A stretch of 64,000 bases of DNA from Rebecca billardiae RCC1528 (taxonomy: Eukaryota > Protista > Haptophyta): NCBI GenBank assembly GCA_965240325.2, contig OZ251229.1, forward strand, positions 620,001 to 684,000, in the 5' to 3' direction. The notes under the pieces are model-generated. The model saw only the letters and a program-made list of their open reading frames with translations, was not told where the DNA came from and made no database searches. The translations under genes and the position numbers were made by a program. Positions 35,298-46,645 of this stretch are shown piece after piece. Each line of letters opens with the position of its first letter. Within the stretch, counting starts at the first letter, position 1.

Positions 35298-38063
35298 TCA
35301 GTCGTTGACGATGTGCGAGGGCGGCTGCAGGAATGAGAAGACGTGGCCTGCGCGCCGCACGAGCCTCGAGCTGCGCTGTGCCGCGCGCTTGCGGTCGACA
35401 ATCACCTCGCGCAGGTCGTCGACCATCATGCGGTTCAGGTTGAACGAGTTGTGCCGGATGGAGTGCACGTTGTGCTCGAGCCAGGTCATGTCGATCACGT
35501 CCATGTCCACCCACTGCCCGGCGGCGGCGGCGGCCCCGCCGGACGCGTCGGCCGCCGCGGACGGCGGCGCGCGGTACGGCGCGCCGCGCAGCTTGCCGAG
35601 CGAGCGCTCGCGGTTGAGCACCTCCGACCAGAAGAGCGCGCCGTCGTTGTTGTCGCCGTACAGCGAGACGTGCGCGCACACGCGGCGAAGCAGCGGGACG
35701 CAGCGGGTGAGGAAGTACCCCTCGTCCACCTCCGGGTTCACGAGCGTGAGCGTGGCGAGCCGAAGCGCGCCGCCGCCGCCGCCGCCCGCCGCGCCGCCCG
35801 CCGCCGCCTCGGGGGCCTCGTCCGCCGGCGCGCCGCGCGCCGCGAGCAGCCCGACGTCGACCATGTGCGGCAGCGCGTGCAGCACGACCTGCGCGCCCAT
35901 CGAGTGCGCGAACAGGTGCACGTCGCGCACGCCCGCGTCCGCCGCCGCGCGCAGGCACGCGCACAGGTCCGCGCCCACCGGCTCGGAGCGCGCGCTGCGC
36001 ACCGCGCTCGCGTACGACAGCACCGCGCCGGTCGGCCACGAGAAGACAAGAGGCTTGACGTGAGGGGGGAAGCGGCCGAGCGCGAGGAGCTGGGCGATGC
36101 GCTCCTGCCCCTCGACGGCGCTCATGTTGAAGCCGTGCACGTACAGCAGCAGCTCGGGCCGGCCGAGCCCGCGCGCGCCGCCGCGCCCGGCCGGCACCCA
36201 GCCGTCCACCTCCAAGCTCACCGGCGCGGCCGCAGCCGCGGGCGGAGGGCGCGGCGGCGGCGCGACCAGGGCCCTGCTCGTCACGGCCGCGGCGGCCGCC
36301 TCCGCCTCGTCGAGCGCGTCGACGAAGGGCGCCGCGGATGACGCGGCGCCGCCGTCCTCCGCGCCCGCCGCCGCCGCCGCCCCCTCCGCGCCCATGCCGA
36401 GCAGGGCGGCAGCGTGCGCACCGTCCGCCGCGCCGCCGCCGCCCTCGCCGCCGTCGGCCGTCTCGAGCGGCGGCGGCGGCATCAGCTGCGGGTGCGACAT
36501 GCGCAGCGGTCGGGAGCCGAGGCGGCGGGCGGCGCCAGGCGGCGAGTCGAGCGGCTGGTACTCGGCGCGCGGCGGGCGCGGGCTCTGCGCGCGCGAGCCG
36601 ATGACGATCCGGCCGAGCGCGGCGGCGGACGCGAGCGAGAGCCGCGGCGGGCCCGCGGCGGCGCCGCCCGGCGTGTCCGCCAGCGCGATGGGCGCAATGC
36701 GCACCGCCGCGCGCCGCGCGTCGGCGGGCGTGCGCGGCTCGAAGCCCGAGACGAAGAGGCGGCCGCCGTCGGCGGCGAGCGTGACGGTGACCGACTGCGT
36801 GGGCAGCAGCTCGTCCGCGTGCCGCGCCAGCGCCAGCACCCGCCCCATCTCCTCCGCGTTGAGCGCGCGCGCGCCCGCGGCGCCGCAGCGCGCCAGTGCC
36901 TCCTCCCCCGTCTGATACAGCAGCTCCACACGCGGGTACGACGAGAAGAACTCGCCCGAGACGGAGCACTCGACGGCGGCGAGCGAGGCGCGCAGCGCGG
37001 GGTACGCGTGCCGGCGCGGCGCGTGCGCCACCGCGCGCGCCCCCTCCGCGCGCGCCGTCACCGTCGCGACGTGCAGCGAGGCGAATGCGTAGCCTGTCTT
37101 GAACTGGCGCGAGTGGAAGGGCGCGACCGGTCGGCCGGCGTTCCAGTACCCGCGGAGGCACTCGCCGTTGGACGCGTCGTCGCGCCACTCGCCGTAGCCG
37201 TGCGGACGCTCGTCGCGCAGCTGCCCCGCGTAGTAGCAGTAGTGCACCTTGCGCCGCACCGACAGCGCCGCCAGCCGCTTCAGCCGCCACCACGGCGGCG
37301 AATACGCAAAGGCCGCGCCGCCGCCCTCGCCCTCCTCGCCGACGTCGCGCGCGGGCAGCGCGCGCAGGTTGTACGCGCGCGCGATCGCGGCGTCGGACGC
37401 GCGCGCGACGAGCGCGGGCAGCGCGCGGTGCACGAGCAGCCAGCACGCGAGCGTGAGCGCCTCGAGCGCCAGCAGCAGCCACAGCGCCCAGCGCATCTCC
37501 CGGCGCAGCGCCTGCGTGAGCGCGGCCGGCTCGCGCAGCGCGTCGGGCGTGCGGCGCAGCGCGGCGTACAGCGCGAGGAAGGCGACGGCGTACACCCAGT
37601 AGAGCACCCAGTGCACCACGTCCGCGAGGCGGAGCACGCAGTGCAGCGCGAGCAGCGTCGCGAGCGAGAGCGCGAGCACGGACGTGCCGAGCGAGACAGT
37701 GAACTGCAGCTCGTGCGCGGGCGCGCCGCCGGCAGCGTCCTCCAGGTCGAGGGCGGGCGCGGCGGCGGTGGCGGCACCGTCTGACGGGCGCAGATCGACG
37801 GTGAAGATGCCCGCCCACCAGACCACCACGGCGAACAGCCAGAAGAGCCGGCCGACGTGCGACGCTCGCTTCTCCACGACGCCCTTCAGCTTGCGGTCGA
37901 GCTTGCGCAGCTCCATGTACTTGAAGGTGCGCGCCATCATCAGCGCGGGGGGCGCGGCGGCGCGCACGGACTCGTCCTCCCCGTACGAGCTGAGCGGCAG
38001 CGCGCGCGATCCCGAGCGCTGCACGAGCAGCCGCGGCACCGCATGCTCGCCGCTCGTCGCCAT
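35298..38063 (-). CDS. Membrane protein with N-terminal TM helices, a MORN-like motif and a C-terminal alpha/beta-hydrolase (DUF900-like)
   Basis: About four TM helices; YYAGQLRDERPHGYGEWRDD..GECLRGYWNAG (MORN-like); LLYVHGFN, FSWP, LFAHSMG nucleophile elbow, DVIDMTWLEHNVHSIRHNSFNLN. Start codon uncertain. Confidence 0.8.
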   Translation of the reverse strand: MATSGEHAVPRLLVQRSGSRALPLSSYGEDESVRAAAPPALMMARTFKYMELRKLDRKLKGVVEKRASHVGRLFWLFAVVVWWAGIFTVDLRPSDGAATAAAPALDLEDAAGGAPAHELQFTVSLGTSVLALSLATLLALHCVLRLADVVHWVLYWVYAVAFLALYAALRRTPDALREPAALTQALRREMRWALWLLLALEALTLACWLLVHRALPALVARASDAAIARAYNLRALPARDVGEEGEGGGAAFAYSPPWWRLKRLAALSVRRKVHYCYYAGQLRDERPHGYGEWRDDASNGECLRGYWNAGRPVAPFHSRQFKTGYAFASLHVATVTARAEGARAVAHAPRRHAYPALRASLAAVECSVSGEFFSSYPRVELLYQTGEEALARCGAAGARALNAEEMGRVLALARHADELLPTQSVTVTLAADGGRLFVSGFEPRTPADARRAAVRIAPIALADTPGGAAAGPPRLSLASAAALGRIVIGSRAQSPRPPRAEYQPLDSPPGAARRLGSRPLRMSHPQLMPPPPLETADGGEGGGGAADGAHAAALLGMGAEGAAAAAGAEDGGAASSAAPFVDALDEAEAAAAAVTSRALVAPPPRPPPAAAAAPVSLEVDGWVPAGRGGARGLGRPELLLYVHGFNMSAVEGQERIAQLLALGRFPPHVKPLVFSWPTGAVLSYASAVRSARSEPVGADLCACLRAAADAGVRDVHLFAHSMGAQVVLHALPHMVDVGLLAARGAPADEAPEAAAGGAAGGGGGGALRLATLTLVNPEVDEGYFLTRCVPLLRRVCAHVSLYGDNNDGALFWSEVLNRERSLGKLRGAPYRAPPSAAADASGGAAAAAGQWVDMDVIDMTWLEHNVHSIRHNSFNLNRMMVDDLREVIVDRKRAAQRSSRLVRRAGHVFSFLQPPSHIVND

Positions 38064-38176
38064 CTCCCGCCCGAATACAGGACCGACGAAGGCCGCCGCT
38101 CGAGCTGCCGCCGACTCGCCGAGGCCGACGAGCGGGCCGGACCGTCCTCCATAGGACGCGGCTCGAGTTCGGCAGC

Positions 38177-38731
38177 ATGCGCGCGGCTCTGCTCCTCGCA
38201 GCGTGCTGCGCGGTTCACGCGGTGCAGCCGGCACCGCGCGCCGCCCCGTCGTCACGCGCGCCGGCCCGCCCTGTGGTGCAGTCCACGCGGCGCGGCCTCG
38301 CCGCTGCGAGCTCTGCGCTGCTCGCGGCGGCGCTCGCAGAGCGTGCGTCGGCCGCGTCGTCGGTGTTTGAGTCGACGTGCCTCGGCTTCGGCTGCAACAA
38401 CTATCGCGGGCAGGACTTTGGCGGCATGGCCGCGCCGCCAGACGAGCCGAGCACGCCGTTCCCTCAGTTCATCAAGACGCTCGAGAACGCCGAGACGCGC
38501 TCAACCGTCGAGAACGTCGACATCTACGGCGCGGACGGCAGCATCGTCTACGTGACGTACAAGGGTGGCAAGCGCGAGCGGCTGGGCGAGGGCCTGCCGG
38601 TCGAGGACGACGACGGATGGTCGTCGTATCTCTGGCTCGTCCGCATCCTCAAGAACACGGGCGTTCCGTACACGTACCACTTCCGCCCGGGCGACAAGCC
38701 TGCGAAGCTGTCTGCGTCTGCGGGAAACTGA
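38177..38731 (+). CDS. Small plastid protein, probably thylakoid-lumenal (Tat signal), resembling the FtsH lumenal domain
   Basis: Signal peptide, transit peptide, STRRGL + hydrophobic stretch + ASA. Mature part FPQFIKTLE..VENVDIYGADGSIVYVT..LVRILKNTGVPY. Confidence 0.6.
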   Translation: MRAALLLAACCAVHAVQPAPRAAPSSRAPARPVVQSTRRGLAAASSALLAAALAERASAASSVFESTCLGFGCNNYRGQDFGGMAAPPDEPSTPFPQFIKTLENAETRSTVENVDIYGADGSIVYVTYKGGKRERLGEGLPVEDDDGWSSYLWLVRILKNTGVPYTYHFRPGDKPAKLSASAGN

Positions 38732-38871
38732 GATCTCACCCGAATCTGGCACCGCCGTCACGGTGCGGCAGCGCGGTCAAGACAGTAGCCTTAATTAGGC
38801 TGCACGGGTCTGACTGACAGTGCCACCCGGGCCCGGGGTCGGGGGCTCTCAGCTCACACTTTTTAGTATTA

Positions 38872-38879
38872 CCTCTCTC

Positions 38880-38973
<94 letters not shown>

Positions 38974-38984
38974 CTCTCTCTCTC
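38872..38984. repeat. (CT)n microsatellite
   Basis: Directly visible. Confidence 0.95.
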
Positions 38985-39715
38985 CGTTACTCTATACTGA
39001 CTATAGCGTATACTCTCCTCATAAGCACTCTATATTCTGGCGACTGGCGGCGCGGCTCGGAATTGCCGCCGGCTGAGCGGTGCCAGCCGGGACTCGTCAC
39101 TGATATCACACTTCAGTCTTCACAGACTGTAGTCGTAGTGAGCTACTCTCGGATCCGAGAATTTCCACGGTTGTCGTCTGTTGCTGACATGCACTGCAAG
39201 ATTAGCAGTACATAACTCGTAATATATGATGTGTATGTGTATATATATCACTAATACGTAATAGTATCTAGTAGTAGTCACAGTTACTGGATTGCCAGTT
39301 CATATAAGACCGTGCGCGCACGGCGCACGCTGTGACGGCTGTGAGCCAGTGACCAGCGGTCCGCGGTCCCGACGCCTACGCGCCCGCGGTCCGGCCGGGC
39401 CGCCGGTCACCGACTCCGACGATCGGACGGATACAGCTATGATGAGTTATAGCTTTAAAAGCTACGGTGTCCGACGAGTACAGCAGCAGAGTAGTTACTG
39501 AGTAGTTATTACTCGGTCATTACTGGTCTAAGAGCTTAGTCACTATTATAACTTCTGAGAATGACAGTTAGTTACCGTAGGCGCGTACATCCGATCGACT
39601 ACATATTCGTCTCGGGCGGTGATGCGGCTGATGCGACGCTCATGACGCAATATAGCGATGACACTGCTGGCACGACGATGGCGTGAGCTGAGAGTCGCGC
39701 GGCCCGCAGAGAGTT

Positions 39716-40039
39716 TCAGTTGTTGTCCTTCCATCGGTGCCCGCACGACGTGCACTTGTAGAAGGTGGTCATCGGCTCGTCGGCAGAGCGTATTTGCAGC
39801 TGGAAGAAGTACGCTTCGCCATTCGCGCACTTTGGACACACCGCATCCGCCTTGTCGACGTTCGCCCATGCCTCCTCGCCACCCATCACGTCGTCGACCG
39901 CCTTCCGCTCCGGTCTCACCTCGTACACGACCGGCGTGCGGATGCGGTACATGTACGGGCAGAGGTGGCAGAAGAATCGTGTGCTACCGTCCATGTCGTC
40001 GAGCATGAGTAGCGTCCCGTCGCGTGGGCAGAAGTGCAT
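39716..40039 (-). CDS. RPC11: RNA polymerase III subunit C11
   Basis: 107 aa: [64 protein letters not shown]. Confidence 0.95.
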   Translation of the reverse strand: MHFCPRDGTLLMLDDMDGSTRFFCHLCPYMYRIRTPVVYEVRPERKAVDDVMGGEEAWANVDKADAVCPKCANGEAYFFQLQIRSADEPMTTFYKCTSCGHRWKDNN

Positions 40040-40274
40040 CCCGCCGCTCGCCTCGATGCGGCGTGTCGGCACGGATGTGAACCCAGACGCCATCGTGCTG
40101 AGCCTCGGCCACCTGCGTCCGGAGCCCACTCCAGCATCGCCGCGTTGAATGAACTCACGGCCAGCCGTCGTCACGCACGCCTCTCGGCCTCTTCCGCACT
40201 CTTCACCGCTCGTCGGGCCGCCTGGCCCCCGCCCACGGGCCCCGCATTGGCCGGCGCTCGGTCTTCGGCGGCGC

Positions 40275-42528
40275 ATGGCGAGCGACGCGGCCCCCGCGGC
40301 CCCCGCCGCGGACGACAGCGCAAGCCCGTCCGCGCCTCCGCCGGCAGTGCGCGCCACGTTCGCCCAGCGCCTTGCCGCCTTCCAGCTGGCGCACAGTGCG
40401 GGCGCGTGCGCGTTCCGAGACTCGGTGCTCAGCTCAGCCTACGAGCGCGGCAGTGGCGCGGCGGGCGCGGCGGGCTGCTTCCGCTGCGACTACTGCCCAC
40501 GCGTGTTTGACACCGACCGCGGGCTCAAGCGTCACCGCCACGCATGCCGCCAGCACATGCTTGGGCGCGCGGGCGCGGACGGTGCGACGCCGGCCGCCAA
40601 GCTGCGCCGGCTCGACCCCGGCGGCAGGGCAGAGCAGCCGGTGATGGCGATGGTGGTGGACGGCGGCGGCGGTGGGCGTGGAGGCATGTCCGCCACCGCC
40701 GCCCCTCCCGGCGCCACCGACCGGCCGCGCGCGCCGGCCGACGACGAGGACGAGGAGGGCGGCGGGGAGGACGACGGTGGCGGCGTGTACACGTGCGACC
40801 TGTGCGCGCGCACGTTCGACTCGTCGCGCGGGCTGAAGCGGCACCGGCACGCGTGCCTGCTGCGCCGCGCGGCGCAGGGCGGCGACACGACCGCGCTCAC
40901 GCCCGCGCCGCCCCGCCCCAAGTACGAGCCCAACGCGAACGGCGAGTGGGCGTGCGACCTGTGCGCCAAGGTGTGCGCCAACGAGCGCGGGCTCAAGCGC
41001 CATCGCTTCCACTGCCTGATGATGCGCCGCGCGGCGGAGGCGGCGGCGGCGGGCGCGCCGGGCGCGGAGGCGGCACTGGACGTGAGCGTCGTGCGCGTCG
41101 AGCGGCTGCCCGCCGCCGCCGCCGCGCGCGTGCCCGTGCTCGACGGCGTCGTGGTCGGGGTCGAGGGCGCGGTCGGCGCGCGCGCGGCGGCCGGAGGCGC
41201 GGCCGGCGCCGCCGACGCGGCCGGCGCGGAGGAGGAGGAGAGCGAGCTGGAGGAGCTGGCGCAGGCCGCGCCGCTCGTGCGCGGCGTGGCGCGCGGCGCG
41301 CGCGCGCGCGGCAAGGCCGCCGCCGCGATCCCGGTCCTGCCGCCGGTGCCGCTGTCGGCGGGGTCGGGCGCGGACGGCGCGGAGTCTGCGATTGACGGCT
41401 GGGTGCGGCGGCAGGTGGCGTCGCTGCAGCCCGAGATGTCGCCTCGCGAGATCGGCGCGGCGGCGGGTATCATCCCGCAGCTGCCGCGTGGCGAGGTGCA
41501 CCTGAGCGAGTGGCTCGCGGTGCGTGCGCACGCGCGCAGCGCGCGCGCAGCGCGCCGTCGCGCGTCCGCGCGCGCGCGCACGCGCGCGCCTGACGCCAGC
41601 CCCCCTGCCCCGCGCCCCCGCCCGCGCCCGCGCCGCGCGCTGCGGCGCACAGCGCAAGAACCTGGAGACGGAGGGCGTGCGCGCTGTGCGCGCCAAGCTG
41701 CTCCGCTGGCTCGAGCTGCGCGACGAGGGCGCGCCGCCGCCGCCACCCTCCGCGGGCGCGCCGCGGGCGGTGGTCCCATCATGGCCGCTCGGCGGCGGCG
41801 GCGGCGGCGGCGGCGCAGGCGCAGGCGGCGCAGGCGCAGGCGCAGGCGGCGCGGGCTCAGGCTCACCCACAGCGGCCGACGGCGCAGGCGGCGCGTCGTC
41901 GCAGGCGCGCGCGATGCCGACGGTGGTGGTGACGAACGCGGTGCCGCTCAGCGTCACGCCCGCCGGCGCGGGCGGGCGCGGCGACGGCTCCGAGACTCGT
42001 CGGAGGCTCTGGTCTGCAGAGGACGACGAGAAGCTGCACTGCTTGGTCGGGCAGCACGGCACCGACCGCTGGGCGTTCGTGGCCACGCACTTCCACGACC
42101 GCACGGCGAAGCAGTGCCGGCTGCGCTTCACGAACTACCTCGCGCCCGAGGTGTCGCGCGACGGGTACACGCCGCAGGAGGACGCCAAGCTGCTGCAGGT
42201 CGTGGAGGAGCTTGGCGCGCGCTGGGCGCAGGTCGCTGCGATGATGCCCGGCCGCCGGCCCGACTCGGTGCGCAACCGGTGGCGCGCGCTCCACCCTGGC
42301 CGGATGGGGCCGGGCTCGCCCGCGCTGCTGCCTGCGCTGCTGGATGGGAGCGGCGGCGGCGGCGGCGAGGGCGCGCCCGCCGGTGCGGAGCCCGCGGCCG
42401 GCGGCGGCGCCGACGCGGCGGCGGGTGCGGAGGCGATCGGTGCGCTGCTCGACGACGGTGGCGGCGATGCGGCCCAACGTGGCGCGCCCGCGGAGGCGGA
42501 GGCGGCGACGGCGGCGGCTGAGCCGTGA
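40275..42528 (+). CDS. Transcription factor with three C2HC-type zinc fingers and a two-repeat Myb domain
   Basis: Three copies of CDxCxxxxxxxRGLKRHRxxC; [29 protein letters not shown] and [30 protein letters not shown]. Intron 41520-41652. Confidence 0.85.
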
Positions 42529-43178
42529 CAGACTGACAGAGAGCGGCGAGGCCACTGACGAGCTGCTGCGCGTGGCGGCCGGCTGGGTGGCCTGGCTGGA
42601 AGGCGGGAGCGAGCGAGGCGCGAGGCCCGTGCCACCGGGACGCGCCAATCGTGTGAAGCCCCTGGCTGCCGTGCACGCCCGTGCAGAGCTGGCATTGTCG
42701 TCTCTGAGCTTGGTGCGTGGCGCAAAGCTCCCTCCACCACGGCCTCCACGGTCCACCCCGCCGCGGCTCGGCCCCTCCTTCCCCCTCGACTCCGAAGCCC
42801 GCAGGCCCGATCCGGATCGGGCGGATGCACCATCACCATGCGCATGTCCAGAGCATCACTCATCAGCATCAGAGCACGCAGCATCAAGCATGCGCGAGCT
42901 GTTCTTTCATCGGTGAATCCATTTATGACGCAGTGCCACAGCCAGCCACAGTCAGAGTGTCATGGCACATGGCACACGGACACCGGGATCCGATCTTGCC
43001 CTTGGTCCGACGATGACTGTCGAGACAGTGAGCGGTCCGAGAGCATCATCAGCTGTTCAAGAGTTCATTCTGTCTCTGAGTCGACAGTCTTTTCTACTGC
43101 TGATGTAAACGGGTGTGTCCGGTGCGCGCTGGCTGCGTCGGCGGTCGGCCGGGTAAACTTCGCGCTGGCCACGAATCC

Positions 43179-44132
43179 ATGATGCACTCGCTGATTGCGT
43201 TCGCGCTGCTGGTCGTCGGCCACGCGGCCGCCGACCACGCGCCTTCGAGGCCGGTCCTGTCGACGTATCGCGGCGGTGGTTCGCCCCCGCTCACCTCGCT
43301 GGTGAAGGGGCCGGCTGAGATGTACGCGGCCTTCGCCGAGAAGGGAGCGTCGAACGCCAACCTCGATGCGGACAAGATTCTCTTCCAGAGCTTCATGGGT
43401 GGGGCGTACATCGGTTTCGGCGGCCTGCTCGCGCTGATCGTGAGCAGTGGCGCGACCGCTCTGAAGCTCGCAAACCCTTCCCTCGGGAAGATGATATTCG
43501 CCGCGCTCTTCCCCGTCAACCTGCTGATCATCCTCCTCACGGGCGGGCAGCTCTTTACCGGCAACACCGCGGCCGTCACCTCAGCAGTTTGCGAGGGGTT
43601 GACGACTCGGCGCCAGCTGGCAACGAGCTGGCTGCTCTCGTACGCAGGCAACGTTCTTGGATGCGTACTCTTCGCCTACCTCACCGCCGCTGCCGGCTTC
43701 CTCACCGGCGCCACGGCCGACGGCGCGGCTGAGCTCGCCGTGAAGAAGGTGGGCGCCTCGTTCATGCAGACCGTGCTCAAGGCGTTCCTGTGCAACTGGC
43801 TGGTGTGCATAGCCGTGCTTCTCTGTGGCGCGGCGCAGGACATGGCCGGGAAGATGGTCGCAATCTGGTTTCCCATCTCCACGTTTGTTGCCATCGGCTG
43901 CGAGCACTCCGTCGCCAACCTGTACCTGCTTCCGCTCGGGCTGTTGGCGGGTGCGCCGCTTTCGCTGGGCGACGTCATCATCAAGAACATCCTCCCCGTG
44001 ACCATCGGCAACGCCATCGCCGGGGTCGTCATGGTGGGCATGGGCTACTCGTATGCGTTTGGCAAGCTGGGGAAGAAGAAACAGCGAGCAATGATGCCGG
44101 TCACATCAGCATCGACACTCAGCAGCTACTGA
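43179..44132 (+). CDS. Formate/nitrite transporter (NAR1/LCIA family) with N-terminal signal peptide
   Basis: SFMGGAYIGFGG, LFPVNL, GGQLFTGN, CNWLVC, FPISTFVAIGCEHSVAN, NILPVTIGNAIAG. Confidence 0.92.
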   Translation: MMHSLIAFALLVVGHAAADHAPSRPVLSTYRGGGSPPLTSLVKGPAEMYAAFAEKGASNANLDADKILFQSFMGGAYIGFGGLLALIVSSGATALKLANPSLGKMIFAALFPVNLLIILLTGGQLFTGNTAAVTSAVCEGLTTRRQLATSWLLSYAGNVLGCVLFAYLTAAAGFLTGATADGAAELAVKKVGASFMQTVLKAFLCNWLVCIAVLLCGAAQDMAGKMVAIWFPISTFVAIGCEHSVANLYLLPLGLLAGAPLSLGDVIIKNILPVTIGNAIAGVVMVGMGYSYAFGKLGKKKQRAMMPVTSASTLSSY

Positions 44133-45178
44133 CGGTCTCTAAGACTAAGAGTAAGATACGGGCCTGTTTTATTTCTACCAGATTCCATTTACTTTCATGG
44201 GCGGTGACAGTTGGCGGGCGTCAATCTCGCCTGCCTGAGCTGTGTGCGTCTCTTATTCTTAGTAAACTGTATGTCACGGCGACAAACCCTTGCCCGCCAG
44301 TGGGAATCAGTGTCACGCCCCGTTGGGTGTACCTCTCACGGCCGATGGCGGCCCCCACGTGCGCGAGGAACGCGATTCCTGCACTCCTCGGTGACCGGTG
44401 AGTGCAGGAATCCAGTTGCGGCTCTCGTCCGCCTCGTCATTGTCGCACACGAGGTACACCCAACACCATGGGTCGGATCCTAGAACTCTCCGCGCGCTCG
44501 CAGCCGCGCGGCGAGGCACTGGCAGGCTTGTTCTCATCATCTTGTCCAAGACTGCCTGCTAGATGCGCGAGGACGCGTGTGCACGCCTTTCCGCGCGTCA
44601 TGGGTGCGCGTGGCACGCAACTTGTCGTCATCTACGCCGAGGAGGCTTAAGCAACCGGCCCACCAACCTGCCGTGACCACGTTCAAATGCAGGCGGCAAG
44701 CTGCATGCGAGCGCACGCAACGGAAACATCTCACGCTCGACAAGGAAGTGGTGGCAGACCGAGTAGAGCTGGAATCATTTGCAGTCCATCTGTTGTTCAA
44801 CGATCCTGGTTCACCAGCTGACACGGGCGCGACGCAGCCAAGGCATAGTGCTTGCAGCTTGCAGCGCGCCCGCAACTACTGCGGTCTGCCGCCGCGGCGC
44901 GGCGATCGTCACACTGCCGTGCGCTGCGAGTGACCTCTGTGTCATGGCGAAGCAAGCAGCATGTCTTGGCAACACATTTCGCTACAGCTCAGCGCCCTAG
45001 TACGAACATGCGCCAACGACGTGCCATCACTACTCCGCAATCGCGCCGGCACCCACCACCAGCGGGCAAGCCGCAAGCCGCCATTTTACCGCGTTTTGGC
45101 GAATGTCGCCGTTGGGCTCTCCTAGAAATAGACGTGGTATGCAACGGGCAGGCGTCAGAGTCAGCAAGCTGTAGCAGC

Positions 45179-45180
<2 letters not shown>

Positions 45181-45246
<66 letters not shown>
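45181..45246. repeat. (TA)n microsatellite
   Basis: Directly visible. Confidence 0.95.
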
Positions 45247-45252
<6 letters not shown>

Positions 45253-45256
45253 CTTA

Positions 45257-46645
45257 TCTATATATATGGCGGGCCGTAGGTCCGCCCCTTGTAGTGCCCG
45301 GGAAAAAGATAAGAAAAAGGAAAGGAAAAAAGAAAATCGCCTTGCAAAGAAAAGAAAATCGCCTCGCTCACTGCCGGGTCGCTTCGCTCACTACCGGGCG
45401 CCCTCGCAGCTCCCACTGGGGACGCTCGGCCGAAAACCATCTTGGCCATGGCGCGGAGCGCGTGGGCCGCGCGCGCCAAATCCAACGCCGGCGGGGACAT
45501 CGTGCGAGGATTCCCTAGACGGGTTTTCGCCCGATTCGCGATTGCTGCCCTCGTCGTCTCGCGTGCAGGTCGAACGGGGCCCAAATCGACCCGTTTGGAG
45601 CAGTACGCTCGGCGCGTCGACACGATCGTGCGACCTGGGGCGATCCTCGCCCGACGTGCCCGTCGAAAGCTCGCACCGGCCATGGCATCATGCGCTGCGC
45701 ACGATGACCGCCTCGCGCGATCCACCGTCGCGCGTCGGGCTCGGTGCGAGAAAGCCCTCATCACGAGGCGTCTCGCGGGCGGGAAGCGCCATCGCACGCG
45801 ACGCAAGATTTGGCGCGGCCTTCTCGGAACTCGATCGCCGGAATCCGCGCACCGGACTCAGTCATTGCTCGCGGTCCGGTCCCTCAGCCGAAGCCCACGT
45901 CCGGCCTGCATGGCGTCGACGGTGACCAATGCGACGGAAGCGCAGCGCCAACGGCGTACGACGCGCAGCGGACGCACCTCCCGGGTCTGTCGCCGTGGCA
46001 GCAACCGCGTCATCGCGAGTTGGCGACCCTCGCCGCAGCGCGACACAGACAAGCCCGTGATGCCATCCGCAGAGAGATGAAACGTCGAGCATGCAACATC
46101 GACGCGCCATCCTCGTCCATGGCGCAGGCGCTGCGGGACGAGGCGGAAGTCGTCACGCCGGTGACGGATGCGCTGCGATTCGTGTGCCCACGTGAGCAGC
46201 GCTTGCCTACTCTCGATCGCGAGTGGCACACGCTGTCGCTGTGCGCGCGCGCGCGCACAACCAACAGCTCCTCGTGCCGCCGAGCACGCGGGCGCCAGAC
46301 CTGTCGAAGATGCGAAGAGCGATGACCGCGTGAACGTCAACGCGCTCGTGCTCAGCGTGGCGGCCGTGTACGACGTCAACGCGACCTGCGCCGAGCCCAT
46401 CGTGCCTGGAGCGGACATCGGCAAGCATCCTCGCGGCGACCGCTCTCGGCTGGCGGCAGGAGGACATGCACATGATCTACTCTGGCGGCTTCGTCGGCGG
46501 CGCGGCGCTCGATTACGCCATCGCGGTCGAGATGCGGCACATACAGCGCGTACCCGCGCTCGCGCGGAGCAACGGGCTACCCGTCCCGCCCCGCGTGCTG
46601 CACATTCCCTCGTGGGTGTGGGCCTCGCTGATTAGCGCATACTAG
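45257..46645. mobile_element. Possible non-autonomous transposon remnant
   Basis: Abuts (TA)n. Hairpin GGCGGGCC-GTA-GGTCCGCC at 45268-45286; short direct repeats AAAAGAAAATCGCCT x2 and TCGCTCACTRCCGGG x2. No credible gene; the right boundary is a guess. Confidence 0.25.

Noticed and set aside
42529-42916. Possible extension or extra ORF after the Myb gene stop codon
   Set aside because: Different frame, no splice or motif support; likely 3' UTR.
44200-45180. Short ORFs downstream of the FNT gene
   Set aside because: No motifs, low coding bias; possibly degraded repeat DNA.
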